From NCBI RefSeq assembly GCF_009914755.1, contig NC_060939.1: a stretch of DNA of 64,000 bases; one strand, written 5' to 3'. This stretch comes from the human T2T-CHM13v2.0 reference genome, Homo sapiens. Below the pieces are notes generated by a model that did not search any database, had not been told where the DNA came from, and saw only the letters and a list, made by a program, of their open reading frames with translations. Below are positions 53,880 through 64,000 of the stretch, piece by piece. A program made the translations under genes and the position numbers. The stretch's first letter is position 1. Each line of letters begins with the position of its first letter.

Positions 53880-56800
53880 CATAACATTTGAGTCCATTCA
53901 ATTCCATTCCTTTCGTTTCCATTCCATTTGATGCCATTCCATTCAATTCTGTTCTACTCGACTCCAATATATTCAATTCCATTCCATCCGATTCCATTAC
54001 ATTCTTTTCATTTCTTATCCATTTCAAGCCATTCCACTCCATTCCATTCCACTCGTTTCCTTTCCATTCGAGTCCATTCCTCTCCAGTCCATTCCGTTCA
54101 ATCCATTCCATTCCAGTCCATTCCATTCGAGTCCGTTCCATTCCAGTCCATTCCATTCGAGTCAATTCCATTCCATTCGATGTCTTTCCATAACGATCCA
54201 TTCCATTCTATTCCTTTCGATTCCATTCCATTCTATTTCATTCCATTCGATTCCCTTCCATTGGACTCCTTTCCATTCGAGTGCATTCCATTCCGTTCCA
54301 TTTCTTTCCATTCTGTACGATTCCTACCGTTAGATTTCATTTTGTTCCAGTCCATTCCTTTCGCGTCCATTCCATTCCATTTCACTCCATTCGATTCCAT
54401 TCCACTCGATTCCACTTCGTTCCATTTCATTGCCTTCCATTCTATTCAACTCTATTGCCTTCCATTCCATTCCATTCGATTACATTCCATGCGATTCCAT
54501 TCGAAATCGAATCAATTACATTGCAAACCATTACTATTGAGTCCCTTTTATTCCAGTCCACTGCATTCTGGTCCATTCCATTTGATTCCATTCCATTCTA
54601 TTCCATTCCATACAGTTGCATTCCATTGGATTCCATGCTATATCTATAAATTCAATTCGAGACCATTGCTTTTGAGTCCATTCTATATGATTCCATTCCA
54701 TTCAAGTCCATTACATTTGGTTCAATTCCATTCCATTCCATTCCCTTTCATTCCATTCCATTTGATATCAATCCATTCGATTCCATTCCATTCGAGCACA
54801 TTCCATTCGAGTCCATTCCATTCGATGCCATTCCATTTGATTCTATTCCATTAGTCTCCATTCAATTCCATTAATCTCCATTCCATTCCATTCTACTCCA
54901 ACTGATTCCATTCCATTCTATTCCTTTCCATTCCATTTCATTCCATTCCATTTCATTCCATTCCATTCCATTCGTGTCCATTCCACTCCAGTCCATTCCA
55001 TTCGTGTCCATTCCATTCCAGTCCATTCCATTTGTGTCCACTGCATTCCATTCCACTCCATTCCATATTATTCCATTACACTCCCTTCCATTCTATTACT
55101 TTCATTTCCATTCAATTCCATTCCATTTGATTCCATTCCACTCGGTTTCATTCCATTTGAGTCCACTCCATTCCATTCCATTCCATTCCATTCAGTTCCA
55201 TTCCATTCTGTTCCATTCCATTCCGTTCCATTACATTCCATTCCATTCGGTACCATTCCATATTGTTCCATTCGATTCCATTCGAATCCATTCCATTCCA
55301 GTCCATTCCATTCGATTCCATTCCATTCATTTCAATTCCATTCCATTCCATTCCATTACATTCCACTTGATTCCTCTCCATTCCCTTCCACTGCATTCCG
55401 TTCGATTCCATTCCATTGCATTGCATTCCATTCCATTGGATTGCATTCCATTCGATTCCATTCCATTCGAATCAATTACATAGCAATCCATTACATTCGA
55501 GTCTATTCTATTCCGTTCCATTCGATTTCGTTCCAATCCATTCGATTCCATTCCATTCGATTCCATTCCATACTATTGCATTCCATTCGATTACATTATA
55601 TTCGAATAAGTTCCATTCAAGACCATTTCTTTTGAGTCCATTCTATTTGAGTCCATTCCCTTTGATTCCATAACATTTGAGTCCATTCAATTCCATTCCT
55701 TTCGTTTCCATTCCATTTGATGCCATTCCATTCAATTCTGTTCTACTCGACTCCAATACATTCAATTCCATTCCATCCGATTCCATTACATTCTTTTCAT
55801 TTCTTATCCATTTCAAGCCATTCCACTCCATTCCATTCCACTCGTTTCCTTTCCATTCGAGTCCATTCCTCTCCAGTCCATTCCGTTCAATCCATTCCAT
55901 TCCAGTCCATTCCATTCGAGTCCGTTCCATTCCAGTCCATTCCATTTGAGTCAATTCCATTCCATTCGATGTCTTTCCATAACGATCCATTCCATTCTAT
56001 TCCTTTCGATTCCATTCCATTCTATTTCATTCCATTCGATTCCCTTCCATTGGACTCCTTTCCATTCGAGTGCATTCCATTCCGTTCCATTTCTTTCCGT
56101 TCTGTACGATTCCTACCGTTCGATTTCATTTTGTTCCAGTCCATTCCTTTCGCGTCCATTCCATTCCATTTCACTCCATTCGATTCCATTCCACTCGATT
56201 CCACTTCGTTCCATTTCATTGCATTCCATTCTATTCAACTCTATTGCCTTCCATTCCATTCCATTCGATTACATTCCATGCGATTCCATTCGAAATCGAA
56301 TCAATTACATTGCAATCCATTACTATTGAGTCCATTTTATTCCAGTCCACTGCATTCTGGTCCATTCCATTTGATTCCATTCCATTCTATTCCATTCCAT
56401 ACAGTTGCATTCCGTTGGATTCCATTCTATATCCATAAATTCAATTCGAGACCATTGCTTTTGAGTCCATTCTATATGATTCCATTCCATTCAAGTCCAT
56501 TACATTTGGTTCAATTCCATTCCATTCCATTCCCTTCCATTCCATTCCAGTTGATATCAATCCATTCGATTCCATTCCATTCGAGCACATTCCATTCGAG
56601 TCCATTCCATTCGATGCCATTCCATTTGATTCTATTCCATTAGTCTCCATTCAATTCCATTAATCTCCATTCCATTCCATTCTACTCCAACTGATTCCAT
56701 TCCATTCTATTCCTTTCCATTCCATTTCATTCCATTCCATTCCATTTCATTCCATTCCATTCCATTCGTGTCCATTCCACTCCAGTCCATTCCATTCGTG

Positions 56801-59800
56801 TCTATTCCATTCCAGTCCATTCCATTTGTGTCCACTGCATTCCATTCCACTCCATTCCATATTATTCCATTACACTCCATTCCATTCTATTACTTTCATT
56901 TCCATTCAATTCCATTCCATTTGATTCCATTCCACTCGGTTTCATTCCATTTGAGTCCACTCCATTCCATTCCATTCCATTCCATTCCATTCAGTTCCAT
57001 TCCATTCTGTTCCATTCCATTCCGTTCCATTACATTCCATTCCATTCGGTACCATTCCATATTGTTCCATTCGATTCCATTCGAATCCATTCCATTCCAG
57101 TCCATTCCATTCGATTCCATTCCATTCATTTCAATTCCATTCCATTCCATTCCATTCCATTCCACTTGATTCCTCTCCATTCCTTTCCACTGCATTCCGT
57201 TCGATTCCATTCCATTGCATTGCATTCCATTGGATTGCATTCCATTCGATTCCATTCCATTCGAATCAATTACATAGCAATCCATTACATTCGAGTCTAT
57301 TCTCTTCCGTTCCATTCGATTTCGTTCCAATCCATTCGATTCCATTCCATTCGATTCCATTCCATACTATTGCATTCCATTCGATTACATTATATTCGAA
57401 TAAGTTCCATTCAAGACCATTTCTTTTGAGTCCATTCTATTTGAGTCCATTCCCTTTGATTCCATAACATTTGAGTCCATTCAATTCCATTCCTTTCGTT
57501 TCCATTCCATTTGATGCCATTCCATTCAATTCTGTTCTACTCGACTCCAATATATTCAATTCCATTCCATCCGATTCCATTACATTCTTTTCATTTCTTA
57601 TCCATTTCAAGCCATTCCACTCCATTCCATTCCACTCGTTTCCTTTCCATTCGAGTCCATTCCTCTCCAGTCCATTCCGTTCAATCCATTCCATTCCAGT
57701 CCATTCCATTCGAGTCCGTTCCATTCCAGTCCATTCCATTCGAGTCAATTCCATTCCATTCGATGTCTTTCCATAACGATCCATTCCATTCTATTCCTTT
57801 CGATTCCATTCCATTCTATTTCATTCCATTCGATTCCCTTCCTTTGGACTCCTTTCCATTCGAGTGCATTCCATTCCGTTCCATTTCTTTCCATTCTGAA
57901 CGATTCCTACCGTTCGATTTCATTTTGTTCCAGTCCACTCCTTTCGCGTCCATTCCATTCCATTTCACTCCATTCGATTCCATTCCACTCGATTCCACTT
58001 CGTTCCATTTCATTGCATTCCATTCTATTCAACTCTATTGCCTTCCATTCCATTCCATTCGATTACATTCCATGCGATTCCATTCGAAATCGAATCAATT
58101 ACATTGCAAACCATTACTATTGAGTCCGTTTTATTCCAGTCCACTGCATTCTGGTCCATTCCATTTGATTCCATTCCATTCTATTCCATTCCATACAGTT
58201 GCATTCCATTGGATTCCATGCTATATCTATAAATTCAATTCAAGACCATTGCTTTTGAGTCCATTCTATATGATTCCATTCCATTCAAGTCCATTACATT
58301 TGGTTCAATTCCATTCCATTCCATTCCCTTTCATTCCATTCCATTTGATATCAATCCATTCGATTCCATTCCATTCGAGCACATTCCATTCGAGTCCATT
58401 CCATTCGATGCCATTCCATTTGATTCTATTCCATTAGTCTCCATTCAATTCCATTAATCTCCATTCCATTCCATTCTACTCCAACTGATTCCATTCCATT
58501 CTACTCCTTTCCATTCCATTTCATTCCATTCCATTCCATTTCATTCCATTCCATTCCATTCGTGTCCATTCCACTCCAGTCCATTCCATTCGTGTCCATT
58601 CCATTCCAGTCCATTCCATTTGTGTCCACTGCATTCCATTCCACTCCATTCCATATTATTCCATTACACTCCATTCCATTCTATTACTTTCATTTCCATT
58701 CAATTCCATTCCATTTGATTCCATTCCACTCGGTTTCATTCCATTTGAGTCCACTCCATTCCATTCCATTCCATTCCATTCAGTTCCATTCCATACTGTT
58801 CCATTCCATTCCGTTCCATTACATTCCATTCCATTCGGTACCATTCCATATTGTTCCATTCGATTCCATTCGAATCCATTCCATTCCAGTCCATTCCATT
58901 CGATTCCATTCCATTCATTTCAATTCCATTCCATTCCATTCCATTACATTCCACTTGATTCCTCTCCATTCCCTTCCACTGCATTCCGTTCGATTCCATT
59001 CCATTGCATTGCGTTCCATTCCATTGGATTGCATTCCATTCGATTCCATTCCATTCGAATCAATTACATAGCAATCCATTACATTCGAGTCTATTCTATT
59101 CCGTTCCATTCGATTTCGTTCCAATCCATTCGATTCCATTCCATTCGATTCCATTCCATACTATTGCATTCCATTCGATTACATTATATTCGAATAAGTT
59201 CCATTCAAGACCATTTCTTTTGAGTCCATTCTATTTGAGTCCATTCCCTTTGATTCCATAACATTTGAGTCCATTCAATTCCATTCCTTTCGTTTCCATT
59301 CCATTTGATGCCATTCCATTCAATTCTGTTCTACTCGACTCCAATACATTCAATTCCATTCCATCCGATTCCATTGCATTCTTCTCATTTCTTATCCATT
59401 TCAAGCCATTCCACTCCATTCCATTCCACTCGTTTCCTTTCCATTCGAGTCCATTCCTCTCCAGTCCATTCCGTTCAATCCATTCCATTCCAGTCCATTC
59501 CATTCGAGTCCGTTCCATTCCAGTCCATTCCATTCGAGTCAATTCCATCCCATTCGATGTCTTTCCATAACGATCCATTCCATTCTATTCCTTTCGATTC
59601 CATTCCATTCTATTTCATTCCATTCGATTCCCTTCCATTGGACTCCTTTCCATTCGAGTGCATTCCATTCCGTTCCATTTCTTTCCGTTCTGTACGATTC
59701 CTACCGTTCGATTTCATTTTGTTCCAGTCCATTCCTTTCGCGTCCATTCCATTCCATTTCACTCCATTCGATTCCATTCCACTCGATTCCACTTCGTTCC

Positions 59801-61450
59801 ATTTCATTGCATTCCATTCTATTCAACTCTATTGCCTTCCATTCCATTCCATTCGATTACATTCCATGCGATTCCATTCGAAATCGAATCAATTACATTG
59901 CAATCCATTACTATTGAGTCCATTTTATTCCAGTCCACTGCATTCTGGTCCATTCCATTTGATTCCATTCCATTCTATTCCATTCCATACAGTTGCATTC
60001 CGTTGGATTCCATTCTATATCCATAAATTCAATTCGAGACCATTGCTTTTGAGTCCATTCTATATGATTCCATTCCATTCAAGTCCATTACATTTGGTTC
60101 AATTCCATTCCATTCCATTCCCTTCCATTCCATTCCAGTTGATATCAATCCATTCGATTCCATTCCATTCGAGCACATTCCATTCGAGTCCATTCCATTC
60201 GATGCCATTCCATTTGATTCTATTCCATTAGTCTCCATTCAATTCCATTAATCTCCATTCCATTCCATTCTACTCCAACTGATTCCATTCCATTCTATTC
60301 CTTTCCATTCCATTTCATTCCATTCCATTCCATTTCATTCCATTCCATTCCATTCGTGTCCATTCCACTCCAGTCCATTCCATTCGTGTCCATTCCATTC
60401 CAGTCCATTCCATTTGTGTCCACTGCATTCCATTCCACTCCATTCCATATTATTCCATTACACTCCATTCCATTCTATTACTTTCATTTCCATTCAATTC
60501 CATTCCATTTGATTCCATTCCACTCGGTTTCATTCCATTTGAGTCCACTCCATTCCATTCCATTCCATTCAGTTCCATTCCATTCTGTTCCATTCCATTC
60601 CGTTCCATTACATTCCATTCCATTCGGTACCATTCCATATTGTTCCATTCGATTCCATTCGAATCCATTCCATTCCAGTCCATTCCATTCGATTCCATTC
60701 CATTCATTTCAATTCCATTCCATTCCATTCCATTCCATTCCACTTGATTCCTCTCCATTCCCTTCCACTGCATTCCGTTCGATTCCATTCCATTGCATTG
60801 CATTCCATTCCATTGGATTGCATTCCATTCGATTCCATTCCATTCGAATCAATTACATAGCAATCCATTACATTCGAGTCTATTCTCTTCCGTTCCATTC
60901 GATTTCGTTCCAATCCATTCGATTCCATTCCATTCGATTCCATTCCATACTATTGCATTCCATTCGATTACATTATATTCGAATAAGTTCCATTCAAGAC
61001 CATTTCTTTTGAGTCCATTCTATTTGAGTCCATTCCCTTTGATTCCATAACATTTGAGTCCATTCAATTCCATTCCTTTCGTTTCCATTCCATTTGATGC
61101 CATTCCATTCAATTCTGTTCTACTCGACTCCAATATATTCAATTCCATTCCATCCGATTCCATTACATTCTTTTCATTTCTTATCCATTTCAAGCCATTC
61201 CACTCCATTCCATTCCACTCGTTTCCTTTCCATTCGAGTCCATTCCTCTCCAGTCCATTCCGTTCAATCCATTCCATTCCAGTCCATTCCATTCGAGTCC
61301 GTTCCATTCCAGTCCATTCCATTCGAGTCAATTCCATTCCATTCGATGTCTTTCCATAACGATCCATTCCATTCTATTCCTTTCGATTCCATTCCATTCT
61401 ATTTCATTCCATTCGATTCCCTTCCATTGGACTCCTTTCCATTCGAGTGC
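53880..61450 (+). repeat. Second ~3.58-kb dimer periodicity block
   Basis: CCAATATATTC occurs at ~53964, ~57547 and ~61130 (3583-bp spacing). TTGCAAACC occurs at ~54521 and ~58104, and CCCTTTCATTCC at ~54743 and ~58326. These alternate with units carrying CCGTTGG...ATATCCATAAA (~56412, ~60000). Confidence 0.8.
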
Positions 61451-64000
61451 ATTCCATTCTGTTCCATTTCTTTCCGTTCTGTACGATTCCTACCGTTCGA
61501 TTTCATTTTGTTCCAGTCCATTCCTTTCGCGTCCATTCCATTCCATTTCACTCCATTCGATTCCATTCCACTCGATTCCACTTCGTTCCATTTCATTGCA
61601 TTCCATTCTATTCAACTCTATTGCCTTCCATTCCATTCCATTCGATTACATTCCATGCGATTCCATTCGAAATCGAATCAATTACATTGCAATCCATTAC
61701 TATTGAGTCCATTTTATTCCAGTCCACTGCATTCTGGTCCATTCCATTTGATTCCATTCCATTCTATTCCATTCCATACAGTTGCATTCCGTTGGATTCC
61801 ATTCTATATCCATAAATTCAATTCGAGACCATTGCTTTTGAGTCCATTCTATATGATTCCATTCCATTCAAGTCCATTACATTTGGTTCAATTCCATTCC
61901 ATTCCATTCCCTTCCATTCCATTCCAGTTGATATCAATCCATTCGATTCCATTCCATTCGAGCACATTCCATTCGAGTCCATTCCATTCGATGCCATTCC
62001 ATTTGATTCTATTCCATTAGTCTCCATTCAATTCCATTAATCTCCATTCCATTCCATTCTACTCCAACTGATTCCATTCCATTCTATTCCTTTCCATTCC
62101 ATTTCATTCCATTCCATTCCATTTCATTCCATTCCATTCCATTCGTGTCCATTCCACTCCAGTCCATTCCATTCGTGTCCATTCCATTCCAGTCCATTCC
62201 ATTTGTGTCCACTGCATTCCATTCCACTCCATTCCATATTATTCCATTACACTCCATTCCATTCTATTACTTTCATTTCCATTCAATTCCATTCCATTTG
62301 ATTCCATTCCACTCGGTTTCATTCCATTTGAGTCCACTCCATTCCATTCCCTTCCATTCCATTCCATTCCATTCAGTTCCATTCCATTCTGTTCCATTCC
62401 ATTCCGTTCCATTACATTCCATTCCATTCGGTACCATTCCATATTGTTCCATTCGATTCCATTCGAATCCATTCCATTCCAGTCCATTCCATTCGATTCC
62501 ATTCCATTCATTTCAATTCCATTCCATTCCATTCCATTCCATTCCACTTGATTCCTCTCCATTCCCTTCCACTGCATTCCGTTCGATTCCATTCCATTGC
62601 ATTGCATTCCATTCCATTGGATTGCATTCCATTCGATTCCATTCCATTCGAATCAATTACATAGCAATCCATTACATTCGAGTCTATTCTCTTCCGTTCC
62701 ATTCGATTTCGTTCCAATCCATTCGATTCCATTCCATTCGATTCCATTCCATACTATTGCATTCCATTCGATTACATTATATTCGAATAAGTTCCATTCA
62801 AGACCATTTCTTTTGAGTCCATTCTATTTGAGTCCATTCCATTTGATTCCATAACATTTGAGTCCATTCAATTCCATTCCTTTCGTTTCCATTCCATTTG
62901 ATGCCATTCCATTCAATTCTGTTCTACTCGACTCCAATACATTCAATTCCATTCCATCCGATTCCATTACATTCTTTTCATTTCTTATCCATTTCAAGCC
63001 ATTCCACTCCATTCCATTCCACTCGTTTCCTTTCCATTCGAGTCCATTCCTCTCCAGTCCATTCCGTTCAATCCATTCCATTCCAGTCCATTCCATTCGA
63101 GTCCGTTCCATTCCAGTCCATTCCATTCGAGTCAATTCCATCCCATTCGATGTCTTTCCATAACGATCCATTCCATTCTATTACTTTCGATTCCATTCCA
63201 TTCTATTTCATTCCATTCGATTCCCTTCCATTGGACTCCTTTCCATTCGAGTGCATTCCATTCCGTTCCATTTCTTTCCGTTCTGTACGATTCCTACCGT
63301 TCGATTTCATTTTGTTCCAGTCCATTCCTTTCGCGTCCATTCCATTCCATTTCACTCCATTCGATTCCATTCCACTCGATTCCACTTCGTTCCATTTCAT
63401 TGCATTCCATTCTATTCAACTCTATTGCCTTCCTTTCCATTCCATTCGATTACATTCCATGCGATTCCATTCGAAATCGAATCAATTACATTGCAATCCA
63501 TTACTATTGAGTCCATTTTATTCCAGTCCACTGCATTCTGGTCCATTCCATTTGATTCCATTCCATTCTATTCCATTCCATACAGTTGCATTCCATTGGA
63601 TTCCATTCTATATCTATAAATTCAATTCGAGACCATTGCTTTTGAGTCCATTCTATATGATTCCATTCCATTCAAGTCCATTACATTTGGTTCAATTCCA
63701 TTCCATTCCATTCCCTTCCATTCCATTCCAGTTGATATCAATCCATTCGATTCCATTCCATTCGAGCACATTCCATTCGAGTCCATTCCATTCGATACCA
63801 TTCCATTTGATTCTATTCCATTAGTCTCCATTCAATTCCATTAATCTCCATTCCATTCCATTCTACTCCAACTGATTCCATTCCATTCTATTCCTTTCCA
63901 TTCCATTTCATTCCATTCCATTCCATTTCATTCCATTCCATTCCATTCCATTCCATTCGCTTCCATTCCATTCGTGTCCATTCCATTCCAGTCCATTCCA

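Larger units (their letters stand above)
1..64000 (+). repeat. Human satellite 3 (HSat3)-type array, degenerate (CATTC)n on + strand / (GGAAT)n on - strand; probably the chr15 D15Z1 (HSat3A5-like) 1.8-kb KpnI family
   Basis: The CCATT/CATTC pentamer runs from base 1 to 64000 with no foreign insertion and no strand switch, with frequent CATTCGATTC and CATTCGAGTC variants. I saw neither the ATGATG-containing units typical of HSat2 nor 171-bp alphoid monomers. The family call is secure. The D15Z1 assignment is inferred from the 1.8-kb period plus a single KpnI site per unit. Confidence 0.95.

Noticed and set aside
34-63831. Hundreds of ORFs (up to 313 aa) rich in FHSIP (+ strand) or MEWNG (- strand) repeats
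   Set aside because: These are the direct translations of (CATTC)n and (GGAAT)n, which contain no stop codon in any frame. They overlap in all frames on both strands, are freely frameshifted by 5-bp indels, and show no recognisable domain.
1-64000. CRISPR-like or other repeat-spacer system
   Set aside because: There are no unique spacers between constant repeats, the whole unit is repeated, and there are no cas-like genes.
1-64000. HSat2 (1.77-kb chr1 unit), DYZ1 (3.56 kb) or alpha satellite identity
   Set aside because: I did not see the ATGATG-type HSat2 motifs, and long pure CATTC runs are present. The fundamental period is 1.8 kb with near-identical neighbouring units, unlike DYZ1. No 171-bp monomers or CENP-B boxes were seen.
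1-64000. Transposon insertion, inversion or unique-sequence island
   Set aside because: Every interval between unit anchors is accounted for by satellite sequence in the same orientation. I saw no GGAAT-strand segment, poly(A) tail or foreign insert.

Overview
The whole 64-kb window is one uninterrupted, single-orientation tandem array of degenerate (CATTC)n/(GGAAT)n classical satellite of the human Satellite 3 (HSat3) type. It is organised as about 35 copies of a ~1.8-kb higher-order unit (commonest length 1804 bp; range 1773-1833 bp) plus one 880-bp partial unit. Each unit normally carries one KpnI site (GGTACC) and one EcoRV site (GATATC). A 1.8-kb KpnI-defined satellite 3 repeat matches the known description of the chromosome 15 short-arm array D15Z1 (HSat3A5-like); I infer this from the architecture and have not confirmed it by alignment. 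I see no genes, RNA genes, transposons or CRISPR arrays, and all listed ORFs are by-products of the pentamer repeat. I find no evidence of a new gene-encoded system. The informative signal is in the array's structure. It shows an ancient internal duplication inside the unit, an 880-bp partial duplication with a mappable homology-mediated junction, and an island of unhomogenised units. It also shows nested 3.6-kb, ~9.0-kb and ~12.6-kb duplication periods, recombinant units, and indels that almost always preserve the 5-bp phase.
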